Virus record (IMG/VR): IMGVR_UViG_3300017786_003484
Location: 1-64,000 of that record
DNA length: 64,000 bases
Reading direction: 5' to 3' (one strand)
In this document: positions 48,989 to 58,473 of the stretch, in pieces
How positions within the stretch are numbered: the stretch's first letter is position 1
Layout of the letters: the number at the start of each line of letters is the position of its first letter
Translations under genes and position numbers: made by a program
The notes under the pieces: generated by a model
Database searches by the model: none
The model's input: only the letters and a program-made list of their open reading frames with translations
Told to the model about the DNA's origin: nothing

Positions 48989-49195
48989 ATGTTAGCATCT
49001 ATGAAAGACAGATTATCAAGAGCAAAAATTTGTCATGAGTGCGAGTTTTATACTAGATTTACAAAGCAATGCAAAGAGTGCGGTTGCTTGATCAACTTAA
49101 AAATATCATTTTCTCAAACTTCATGTCCAGTAGGTAAATGGAAATCAGTTGAAAATGGTAGTCAAACTAATTTAATTAAAAATTTTATCTCTTAA
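48989..49195 (+). CDS. Small Cys-rich (zinc-binding-like) protein
   Basis: CHEC...CKECGC...CPVGKW; true start likely 48989. Confidence 0.65.
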   Translation: MLASMKDRLSRAKICHECEFYTRFTKQCKECGCLINLKISFSQTSCPVGKWKSVENGSQTNLIKNFIS

Positions 49196-49243
49196 AAAAT
49201 TAACTCAAACGGTAAATAGCATGAAGAACATGGGAGATTTATT

Positions 49244-49729
49244 ATGCCTAAATTAAGCACATATGACGACAGTGGATTTGATACATCTATTAGTATTAAA
49301 AGCAAAAATAAACTAGCTACAAGCGATAGCCTAGCAATGGTTGCAGGCGATAACAGAAATGTTACAATAGATGTTGCCGCAAGCAGAGCGGCCACTGATA
49401 ATGCCGCCGCAGTAACTACTGCCGGAGGAGCTGAAACAACTATTAAGAATACCAACGAGAATTGGGTAAACAGTAAATGGAGACCTATGATGGGTTGGGT
49501 ATACATGGGAACATGTATTTTTGATTTTATATTAGCACCAATTGGTTGGGGAATACTACAAACAATGGGAGCAGGGTCCGGAGGACAAGTAGCAGTACAA
49601 TGGGCTCCTCTAACATTACAAGGAGCAGGACTTTATCATGTTGCAATGGGTGCCGTTATTGGTGTAACAGCATTTGGTAGAACTAAAGAAAAGACTACAG
49701 CAACATCTGCATTAGGAAAACTAAAGTAA
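49244..49729 (+). CDS. Holin-like membrane protein (3TM family)
   Basis: KWRPMMGWVYM..C.FDF..P, WAPLTL..G.LYH.AMGA..G...GRT.EK. Confidence 0.6.
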   Translation: MPKLSTYDDSGFDTSISIKSKNKLATSDSLAMVAGDNRNVTIDVAASRAATDNAAAVTTAGGAETTIKNTNENWVNSKWRPMMGWVYMGTCIFDFILAPIGWGILQTMGAGSGGQVAVQWAPLTLQGAGLYHVAMGAVIGVTAFGRTKEKTTATSALGKLK

Positions 49730-49730
49730 T

Positions 49731-51764
49731 ATGGCAATCAAGACTAATCAAACAACAGATACACTAACTCCAAGTACTGGTACTATAATAGTAAACTCTA
49801 CTGGAGCATTAGAAGTACCTACAGGTAATACACTTCAAAGACCGGTAACACCAGGTGCAGGTGCCTTGCGTTTTGATTCTAGTTCTTCTACATTAGATAT
49901 ATTTGATGGATCATTATGGAATACATTAGTTTCTTTGTCTTATGTTGATACAACTGCAACAAACTTGCAAACACAGATTAATAATATTGTTAGCAACTTA
50001 GATCCTGCAACATTAGATTCTTTAACAGAAATCGTTGCCGCTTTTCAAAGCGAAGATAACACATTACTTTCTTTGATTAATACTGCTAATACAAATATTA
50101 GTGCATTACAAACAGACTTAACACAAGAAATTAGTAATAGACAGTTTGCAGATACACTTGCAACCAACGCAAGAGCAACAGAAGTTACTAATAGGACCAA
50201 TGCTGATACATTATTACAAACTAATATAACAGCAGAAGAAACTGCTCGTATAGCACAAGACAATCAATTAGCATTAGATATTCAGCAAGAAACATCAGAT
50301 AGACAAACTGCTATTTCTACATTAGATACTGCAATTACTAACGAAGAAACTGCTCGTATTGCCGCAGATTCAACTCATACTGCTAACATTACAACACTTT
50401 CTGGAGACTTAAACACAGAAATATCTGACAGACAAACTGCAATTACTACCGAAGCCAATGCTCGTATTGCTGGCGATGCCGCAAACGGTGCTGATATTAG
50501 CACATTAACAACAAACTTAGCAACTGAAGTAACCGACAGAACAAACGCAGACACTACATTACAAAATAATATTGATAGTAACAGTCTAAGTATATTACAA
50601 GAAATACAAGACAGAGGCGCCGCTGATACATTAATACAAACTAATCTTGATACAGAAATAATTGATAGAACAAATGCTGATACAACATTACAAACTAATA
50701 TTGATACAGAAGAAACTGATAGAATAGCCGCTGATACAGCATTACAAACTAGTATTACTACTAATACAACAAATTTAGCAACTGAGGTAACCGACAGAAC
50801 AAACGCAGACACTACATTACAATCTAATATTGATGCTGAAGAAACTGCTCGTATTGCCGGAGATGCTGGCTTACAAACAACCATTGATAACTTAGAACTA
50901 AGTGATCTAACAGATGTAACTAACACTTCTCCAACAGACGGACAGATGCTTAGTTATGATGGTACAACAGGCAACTTTAGACCACAAACAGTAGCACTTG
51001 CTCCTGTTAATAAAAACTATGTTGGTGACGGAACAACTTTACAATTTGATTTAGGACAAGATGTTCCAAGCCCAAACAATCTTGTTGTGGTAGTTGATGG
51101 AATTGCACAGAAACCTTTGTATAGTTATGTTGTTACCAACGGAGATAAGTTAGTATTTGACGAAGCTCCAGAAAGTGGATCTATAGTTGAAGTTAGAATA
51201 TTAGTAGGACAATCTACAACTGATAGACCTAGGCCTAAAATTTCAAACATTGCATACTCAGAAACTGCCGCCCCGGTTTTTAATCTTATTACATTTAATG
51301 TTACAGAGATGACTTATGGGTTTGGTGCTAAAATAGGAACGGTTCCTATTGCACACATTGAATATCCATCAGCTGGATCTATGCAATTAAAAACTGCCGA
51401 GACGTTTACCGGAAATCAATCTATTACATTAATTGATAATAGTGGAAACGAATTTGTATTTGAAGATGCGTTTGCAGAACCAGATGGAACTTCAAATCCA
51501 TTATGGACTGATGCAAGAAAATTTATTGGTACTTTTAGTGCCGGAGACAGCATTAATTACACAATAGGTGTAAATAGCACGTCAACATTGACTCTGGGTG
51601 CAACATCATCCCAGGAAACTGCTCCGACTTGGTTGTCGGTTAGTGGTTTAACTCTTGTAGGAACTGCACCAACATTGAGCAGTCCTTGCAGATACGAGTT
51701 CCAAATAATTGCAACAATAGGCAGTAAGAGTATATCTCGTAATTATTGGCTTGTTGTAATTTAA
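49731..51764 (+). CDS. Tail fibre/whisker with coiled-coil repeats and C-terminal Ig-like domains
   Basis: VPTGNT.QRP..GALRF, LDSLTEI, repeated EETARIAAD/EVTDRTNADTTLQ, GDGTTLQF..VDGIAQKP..FDEAP. Confidence 0.75.
   Translation: MAIKTNQTTDTLTPSTGTIIVNSTGALEVPTGNTLQRPVTPGAGALRFDSSSSTLDIFDGSLWNTLVSLSYVDTTATNLQTQINNIVSNLDPATLDSLTEIVAAFQSEDNTLLSLINTANTNISALQTDLTQEISNRQFADTLATNARATEVTNRTNADTLLQTNITAEETARIAQDNQLALDIQQETSDRQTAISTLDTAITNEETARIAADSTHTANITTLSGDLNTEISDRQTAITTEANARIAGDAANGADISTLTTNLATEVTDRTNADTTLQNNIDSNSLSILQEIQDRGAADTLIQTNLDTEIIDRTNADTTLQTNIDTEETDRIAADTALQTSITTNTTNLATEVTDRTNADTTLQSNIDAEETARIAGDAGLQTTIDNLELSDLTDVTNTSPTDGQMLSYDGTTGNFRPQTVALAPVNKNYVGDGTTLQFDLGQDVPSPNNLVVVVDGIAQKPLYSYVVTNGDKLVFDEAPESGSIVEVRILVGQSTTDRPRPKISNIAYSETAAPVFNLITFNVTEMTYGFGAKIGTVPIAHIEYPSAGSMQLKTAETFTGNQSITLIDNSGNEFVFEDAFAEPDGTSNPLWTDARKFIGTFSAGDSINYTIGVNSTSTLTLGATSSQETAPTWLSVSGLTLVGTAPTLSSPCRYEFQIIATIGSKSISRNYWLVVI
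50508..50822 (+). repeat. 57-bp near-identical direct repeat (50508-50564 / 50766-50822)
   Basis: ACAACAAAYTTAGCAACTGARGTAACCGACAGAACAAACGCAGACACTACATTACAA, two mismatches, in-frame offset 258. Confidence 0.85.
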
Positions 51765-51883
51765 AAAATCATCTATATAACGGAAAATATTTTCCTAATC
51801 CTTTATTGGGTCTAACCAATTTAATTTTAGACAACTATAAATGACGCATGAGTGTCATTTCTCAATAATAAGGAAAAGAAAAC

Positions 51884-54800
51884 ATGCCTTTAATTAAAGC
51901 ACGTTCGAGTTCGTTGATGAACTCAATTGATTTAAGAGGTACTCCGACTGCCGCTACTGCCGCCGCTGGTACATCGACTACCCAGCTTGCGTCAACAGGC
52001 TTCGTGTCAACAGAAATTAGCAACTTAGTTAACTCCGCACCTACTCTTCTAGATACATTAGACGAATTAGCCGCGGCGATTGGCGATGATGCCAGTTTCT
52101 CTACCACGATGACAACAGCACTATCGGAAAAAGTAGCATTAGCAGGTGGTACAATGACTGGAGCATTAGTGCTCTCAGGTGCACCAGCCAATGACCTCGA
52201 AGCATCAACAAAGAAATATGTTGACGATGGATTATTAGCTCAGCTAATTTCTTCAACAGACGATGTTCCAGAAGGAACAAACAATCTTTATCATACAACT
52301 GCAAGAGTAAGAGCAGGAATTACTTTATCATCAGATAACACTACAGTATTAGATTACGATAGTGCCACTGGTGTTATTGCATATGCTCATCCTACTACTG
52401 CTGGTATTATAGAAGATGCATCAAACTTGTACTATACAGATGCTCGTGTTAGAGCCGCTATCTCATTAACAACAACAGATAGCACAATTTTATCTTATAG
52501 TAATACAACTGGTGCATTTACTTTCGCAGAGCAAGATACTGATAAAGTTGATGAAGGTTCAACAAACCTTTATTTTACAACTACAAGAGCGAGAGATTCT
52601 GTGAGTGCAGGTACTAACGTTACATACAACTCAGCTACTGGTGTTATTTCAGCAGACGGTGCGGTTGTTAGTGTTAACGGTGCTGACGGTATTGTTACAA
52701 TAGGAACAGATGATGTAGATGAAGGTTCAAGTAACTTATACTTTTCAGATACTAGAGCAAGAAATGCTATTAGTTTAACAAGTACTGATACAAACACACT
52801 ATCTTATAGTGCTGGAACTGGTGTACTTACATATACAAAACCAAATTCAGATGGTATTGCAGAAGGTACAACTAACCTTTACTTTCTTGACAGTAGAGCA
52901 AGAGCCGCAATTAGTGCCTCTGGAGATGTTGCTTACAACTCAACTAGTGGTGTAATTACATTTAACATGGCTGATCACGATACTGATGATTTAGCAGAAG
53001 GTACAGCTAACCTTTACTTTCTTGACAGTAGAGCAAGAAGTGCAATTAGTGTAGCAGGATCTTTAGCATACAATTCTACAACTGGTGTTATTTCTTATAC
53101 AACTCCAGATACTGACGGCGTAGACGAAGGTAGTTTAAACCTTTACTACACAGATGCTAGAGCAAGAGCTTCAATTAGTGCAGGTGGTGATTTAAGTTAT
53201 GTTTCTAGTACAGGTGTTATGTCTTATACAACTCCAGATACAGATGGTATTACTGAAGGATCTGTTAACCTTTACTATACAGATGCTAGAACAAGAGCCG
53301 CAATTTCTGTAACAGGTGATTTGACATACAATGGTACAACAGGTGCAATTGGTTTTGCATTAGCAGATCATACAACAGCCGACTTAGCTGAAGGAACTAA
53401 CCTTTACTATCTTGATAGTAGAGCAAGAGCCGCTATTTCAGTTTCAGGTTCCGCATTAGCATATGATAATACAACTGGTGTTATTTCTACAAACGCATTA
53501 GTAGCAAGTGTTAACACTAAAACTGGTGTTGTAACATTAACTACAGATGATATTAACGAAGGTTCAACTAACTTGTACTATACAGATGCTCGTGTTAGAT
53601 CTGCTGTTTCATTAACTTCAGACGATACTACTGTTCTGTCATATAGTTCAGGAACTGGTGCATTTACATACGCCAAGCCTAACACAGACAAAATCAGTGA
53701 AGGTACAACTAACTTGTATTTCACAGATGCTAGAGCAAGAGCCGCATTTTCTGAAGGAACAGGTGTATCGATTACAGCTGGAGAAATTGCTATCGGTCAG
53801 GCCGTTGCTACAACAGACAATGTTACATTTAATGACCTTGTTGTTGATGGTGACTTAACTATCAATGGTACAACAACTACCGTTAATACAGCAACATTAG
53901 ATGTCGAAGATATTAACATCACAGTAGCAAAAGGTGCCGCATCAGCGGCGGCCGCTAACGGTGCTGGTTTAACAGTTGATGGTGCCGCGGCAACTATCTT
54001 GTATGTTTCTGCAACTGACACTTGGGACTTTAACAAAGACGTTAAAGGAACATTTATTGGTGATTTAACTGGTGATGTTGTTGGTGATTTAACTGGTGAT
54101 GTAACTGGTACAGTTTCAGACATTAGTAATCATGACACAGATGCTTTATCTGAAGGTACAGCTAACTTGTACTACACAGATGGTAGATCAAGAGCCGCTA
54201 TTAGTGTAAACTCAACTGAACTAGGTTATGACAACTCAACAGGTGTTATAACATATACTCAAGGTAATACTGATGGTGTTGCTGAAGGTTCAACTAACTT
54301 GTACTTCTCAGATGCTAGAGCAAGAGGTGCAATTAGTGTATCAGGCGATATGACCTACAATTCTACAACAGGCGTTATTGGTTTTGCATTAGCAGATCAT
54401 ACAACAACTGACTTAGCTGAAGGTGATAACAAGTATTACACAGATGCAAGAGCAAGAGCTTCTATTTCCGTTACAGGTGATTTAGCTTATGTAGCAGGAA
54501 CAGGTGTTATTTCTTACTCAACACCAGACACAGACGGAGTTACAGAAGGAACAACTAACCTTTACTACACAGATGCTCGTGTTAGAGCGGCTATTAGTGG
54601 TAGTGGTGACATTGTGTATGATAGTGCAACAGGTGACTTTGCATACTCAACTCCAGATACTGACGGTGTAGACGAAGGAACAACTAACCTTTATCATACA
54701 ACTGCTAGAGCAAGAGCAACAATAAGTGCAAGTGATGACTTAACTTATGATAGTGCAACTGGTGTCATGACATTTAAGATGTCTGATCATGATACTGATG

Positions 54801-55711
54801 ATTTATCTGAAGGTACAGCTAACTTGTACTACACAGATGCAAGAGTACATAGTGCGATTTCATTAACATCAGATGATCAGGATATTATGTCTTATGATAA
54901 CGCAGGTGGATTCACATTTGCTATCGGCAACATGGATACTGATGATGTTACTGAAGGTACATCAAATCTATACTTTACAACTGGTAGAGCGAGAGCTTCT
55001 GTAAGTGCTGGTAGTAACATTAGCTATGATAGTGCAACTGGTGTTATTTCAACATTAGCCGCAGTTCAGAGTGTTAATGGTGCAACTGGTGTTGTTGTTA
55101 TTGGAACTGATGACGTAGATGAGGGATCAAGCAATCTTTACTATACAGATGCAAGAGCCCAAGCCTCTATTACAATGGTTTCTGATGATACAACAATTCT
55201 AAGTTATGCTTCAGGTACTGGAACAATAACATATGTAACTCCGGATACAGATGCTATTAATGAAGGTTCTGTTAACGAATACTTTACCAATGCAAGAGCT
55301 GATGCTCGTATTGCCGCGGCAAGTATTGATGACTTATCAGATGTTGATACAGGTTCTCCCGCTGACGGTGCCGCTCTTGTTTGGAGTTCATCAGGTCAGA
55401 AGTATGTAACAACCGACTTATCAACTACAACTACAGCCGCTAACTTTACAGCTAACGGTACTGATACAGACTTTGACTTAACCAGTGTTGTAGTCGACTC
55501 AATAGAAAATACCACCGTGTTTATTAACGGTATTTTCCAAGCACCAACATATTCATACACTATTTCAAATGATGGTACTGATACTACTATTTCCTTTGAT
55601 GCCGCTCCAGAAGCTAACGACATTATTACAGTTCGTTATATTTTAGGTGGAACATTGAATACTGATGGTATACTTAACGAAAGCTCAACAATTGATGGTG
55701 GTACTTACTAA
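51884..55711 (+). CDS. Long repetitive tail fibre protein
   Basis: About 20 copies of TDxxxEGxxNLY(Y/F/H)TxxRARxAIS; LDTLDELAAA module; ends IDGGTY. Confidence 0.8.
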   Translation: MPLIKARSSSLMNSIDLRGTPTAATAAAGTSTTQLASTGFVSTEISNLVNSAPTLLDTLDELAAAIGDDASFSTTMTTALSEKVALAGGTMTGALVLSGAPANDLEASTKKYVDDGLLAQLISSTDDVPEGTNNLYHTTARVRAGITLSSDNTTVLDYDSATGVIAYAHPTTAGIIEDASNLYYTDARVRAAISLTTTDSTILSYSNTTGAFTFAEQDTDKVDEGSTNLYFTTTRARDSVSAGTNVTYNSATGVISADGAVVSVNGADGIVTIGTDDVDEGSSNLYFSDTRARNAISLTSTDTNTLSYSAGTGVLTYTKPNSDGIAEGTTNLYFLDSRARAAISASGDVAYNSTSGVITFNMADHDTDDLAEGTANLYFLDSRARSAISVAGSLAYNSTTGVISYTTPDTDGVDEGSLNLYYTDARARASISAGGDLSYVSSTGVMSYTTPDTDGITEGSVNLYYTDARTRAAISVTGDLTYNGTTGAIGFALADHTTADLAEGTNLYYLDSRARAAISVSGSALAYDNTTGVISTNALVASVNTKTGVVTLTTDDINEGSTNLYYTDARVRSAVSLTSDDTTVLSYSSGTGAFTYAKPNTDKISEGTTNLYFTDARARAAFSEGTGVSITAGEIAIGQAVATTDNVTFNDLVVDGDLTINGTTTTVNTATLDVEDINITVAKGAASAAAANGAGLTVDGAAATILYVSATDTWDFNKDVKGTFIGDLTGDVVGDLTGDVTGTVSDISNHDTDALSEGTANLYYTDGRSRAAISVNSTELGYDNSTGVITYTQGNTDGVAEGSTNLYFSDARARGAISVSGDMTYNSTTGVIGFALADHTTTDLAEGDNKYYTDARARASISVTGDLAYVAGTGVISYSTPDTDGVTEGTTNLYYTDARVRAAISGSGDIVYDSATGDFAYSTPDTDGVDEGTTNLYHTTARARATISASDDLTYDSATGVMTFKMSDHDTDDLSEGTANLYYTDARVHSAISLTSDDQDIMSYDNAGGFTFAIGNMDTDDVTEGTSNLYFTTGRARASVSAGSNISYDSATGVISTLAAVQSVNGATGVVVIGTDDVDEGSSNLYYTDARAQASITMVSDDTTILSYASGTGTITYVTPDTDAINEGSVNEYFTNARADARIAAASIDDLSDVDTGSPADGAALVWSSSGQKYVTTDLSTTTTAANFTANGTDTDFDLTSVVVDSIENTTVFINGIFQAPTYSYTISNDGTDTTISFDAAPEANDIITVRYILGGTLNTDGILNESSTIDGGTY

Positions 55712-55736
55712 TCATTAATTAGAGTTAGATTTACTG

Positions 55737-55765
55737 AATAAGGGGCTTTATGCCCCTTATTCTTT
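55737..55765 (+). terminator. Terminator hairpin
   Basis: AATAAGGGGC-TTTAT-GCCCCTTATT, then CTTT. Confidence 0.75.
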
Positions 55766-55825
55766 GACACAATTATATAGAAAAGACATAAATACCTTGT
55801 ATACTATTACTCAAAGGATAAATGC

Positions 55826-58348
55826 ATGCCACTTTTTAGAGGTCAACTAAAGCACATTAGGGGTTTAACAGACTATAAAGATAGCGTTCTTGTAGCCTCA
55901 ACAAATAATGTTGGAGTAACATCAACTATATCTTCTGTTGATGGAGTTACTTTATCTGAAGGAGATAGAATACTTCTAGTAGGACAAACTACTACAACAG
56001 AAAATGGCATCTATGCAAGTCAATCTAACGGAACAATAGCAAGAGCATTTGATGCAGATAGTACTGAAGAGTTTTCTTCTGGTATGACTGTTTATGTTGA
56101 ACAAGGAACTAGTAATGGCAAGAGCACTTGGCTCTTGATAACAACTGGAGAGATTGTTTTAGGTACAACCTCTCTTCAATTCCAAAAGCAATCGCAGATA
56201 TATGATTCTCTTGAAGGAACATATGGCGGAGCATCAAAATCTTTAACTTTAGGAATACAAAAAAACGGAGTTATTACTACTGTAACTGAAAATACATTAG
56301 ATTCAGATAATGTAACTGAAGGATCATCAAATCTTTATCATACAACTGCAAGAACTAGAAGTTCAATATCAGCCTCTGGTGGTAATTTAAGTTATAATTC
56401 ATCAACTGGTGCTATGTCATTTAGCTCTGCAAGTTTAACTCCAGGTACAGGTATTTCTGGAGATAATTTTGACACTTCAACAAACAGAACATTTGCTATT
56501 GATACATCAGTAATACCGACATTAAGTTCTGGTGTTTCTGTCTTTACAAATGATGCCGGATACATTACAGGTTATACTGTTACTGAAAGTGATGTTACAA
56601 CTCATCAAGCGGCTTTAAGTATAACCGAAAGCCAAATTAGTGATTTATCAAGTTATATTACAGCTAGTTCAACAGACACATTAACTAATAAAACGATTGG
56701 TGCGTCAACAATTTCAGGAAACTTAATTCCAGATACAACAGAAACATACGACCTTGGATCGTCAACTTATAGATTTAATGACCTTTATCTAGCAGGTAGT
56801 ACTATTGACTTAGGCGGTGCTAAACTAACAAATGATGGTAGTGATAACCTTGATATTAAAGATAGTTCAGGTAATAGAAAAATACTTAGAGCAAGTGCTA
56901 TTGAATTGGTAGATAGCTCCGGTAAAAAAATTAAAATTGAACGAGACGCCACTTCAGGTAAAATGAAATCACGTAAATTTGATTCAAGTGGTAATGCAGA
57001 AGCAGATGGAGATGACGTTAACGAAATATCAGAAGACAAAACACCACAACTAGGCGGTACATTAGATGCTAATGGAAATTATATTGATATGGGTTCAAAC
57101 AACATCACAGATACAAAAGTTGGCCAATGGGATACCTCATACGGCTGGGGAGACCATGCAAGTTCAAATTATCTAACAGATTATACTGTTACGGAATCAG
57201 ATGTTACTGGACACCAATCAGCACTAAGCATAACTGAATCACAAATTAGTGATCTAGACGATTACCTCCCAATAACTTTATCAACAGTGGTTGATTCGCG
57301 AGCCGACATTGATTCAATCTCTCAAATACGTTTTATTTTAGACGAAACTACTTCTGGTTCGCAAGGTAATATATCAAATACATCAAGTTATAATATTGCT
57401 TTGTCTGTTACCAATTCCTTTATAGGATACGATACCTCAGGAATATTTTATTTAAGCGACAGCAATCGTGGAACATACGAAGACATAATTCTAAGGACAA
57501 ATGGAGTAGGTACCAGCGCCAACGGTTTTGCTAATCCGTCAGGTGCCACTAGTATATTTGGTTTTAGAGGTAACTCAGCTACCACTGGCAATAGATCCCT
57601 TACAACTGCAAGTATTAATACATCAAGTTATACAAAACTTGGTTTTGACATAATCCAAGGTACTGGCAGTAACGGTGGTGAAGGTACTGACAGTGGTGAT
57701 GATTTTAAAATCTACTATAGTACTAACAGTGGCTCAAGTTACACACTTATGCAAACATACTATGGAAGTCCAAGAACATATTCCTCCTGGACTACTGTAT
57801 CAATTGCTTTACCATCAGGCGCTATAGGAAGTAGTGTTAAATTTAAATTTGAAAACATTCATACTGCTAGTGGAGACTTTGATCATTGGGCTATTAGTAA
57901 AGTTAATTTCAACACTACAGAAACTACTGTTCCATACTTTCGATTAGATGTAGGAAGTGGAACAGTTATAGATTCTCTTGAAAATAGTACAACTTTTACA
58001 GGCAGTTTAGTTGGTAATGTAACTGGTAATGTAACTGGTAATGTTGCAGGCAACCAGTCAGGTGGTTCGGTTAGTGCAACTTCGGGTTCCTTTAGTAGTA
58101 ATTTACAAAGTAATGGTAATTTTTATGCTAATGGATCATATACCTATCTAGCAAATAATACTAACGATAGAGTTTATATAAGAACTCCGCTATTTTATTT
58201 CAACAATGTCTTAATTACAGCCACAGGAACTGAACTTAATTATGTAGATGGTGTTACAAGTAATATTCAAACACAACTTAATACCAAAGCATCTCTTACT
58301 GGTACAGAAACCTTGGATAACAAGAGCATAGACGGTGGTTCTTTCTAA
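55826..58348 (+). CDS. Tail fibre protein with reelin-repeat-like/Asp-box domain
   Basis: VDGVTL..GDRILL.GQT...ENGIY, YDLGSST.RF.DLYL, YSTNSGSSY..DHWAISKV; ends IDGGSF. Confidence 0.75.
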   Translation: MPLFRGQLKHIRGLTDYKDSVLVASTNNVGVTSTISSVDGVTLSEGDRILLVGQTTTTENGIYASQSNGTIARAFDADSTEEFSSGMTVYVEQGTSNGKSTWLLITTGEIVLGTTSLQFQKQSQIYDSLEGTYGGASKSLTLGIQKNGVITTVTENTLDSDNVTEGSSNLYHTTARTRSSISASGGNLSYNSSTGAMSFSSASLTPGTGISGDNFDTSTNRTFAIDTSVIPTLSSGVSVFTNDAGYITGYTVTESDVTTHQAALSITESQISDLSSYITASSTDTLTNKTIGASTISGNLIPDTTETYDLGSSTYRFNDLYLAGSTIDLGGAKLTNDGSDNLDIKDSSGNRKILRASAIELVDSSGKKIKIERDATSGKMKSRKFDSSGNAEADGDDVNEISEDKTPQLGGTLDANGNYIDMGSNNITDTKVGQWDTSYGWGDHASSNYLTDYTVTESDVTGHQSALSITESQISDLDDYLPITLSTVVDSRADIDSISQIRFILDETTSGSQGNISNTSSYNIALSVTNSFIGYDTSGIFYLSDSNRGTYEDIILRTNGVGTSANGFANPSGATSIFGFRGNSATTGNRSLTTASINTSSYTKLGFDIIQGTGSNGGEGTDSGDDFKIYYSTNSGSSYTLMQTYYGSPRTYSSWTTVSIALPSGAIGSSVKFKFENIHTASGDFDHWAISKVNFNTTETTVPYFRLDVGSGTVIDSLENSTTFTGSLVGNVTGNVTGNVAGNQSGGSVSATSGSFSSNLQSNGNFYANGSYTYLANNTNDRVYIRTPLFYFNNVLITATGTELNYVDGVTSNIQTQLNTKASLTGTETLDNKSIDGGSF

Positions 58349-58398
58349 TAATTTATATTATTATTAGCTCTAATAAAACACACAAATAGAAGAAATTG

Positions 58399-58406
58399 TA
58401 TAAATA
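58399..58406 (+). promoter_or_regulatory. T4-type late promoter TATAAATA
   Basis: Exact TATAAATA upstream of the fibre gene at 58474. Confidence 0.7.
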
Positions 58407-58473
58407 ACAACGGAACACAAAAAATGAGAGCCGACCTCTCATTGTGCTTATATAACCCGGGAGTATATACTCA

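Noticed and set aside
52250-55330. CRISPR array or DGR template/variable repeat
   Set aside because: Repeats are degenerate, in frame and vary at synonymous positions; no reverse transcriptase or cas gene, and no adenine-specific TR/VR pair seen
55764-55795. sigma70 promoter at TTGACA
   Set aside because: No good -10 at 16-18 bp; the adjacent TAAATA late motif explains the region
40176-57039. Long antisense ORFs (e.g. 46778-47563, 45317-45814, 50375-50926, 40176-40649)
   Set aside because: Shadows of strongly codon-biased structural genes; no RBS or recognisable motifs
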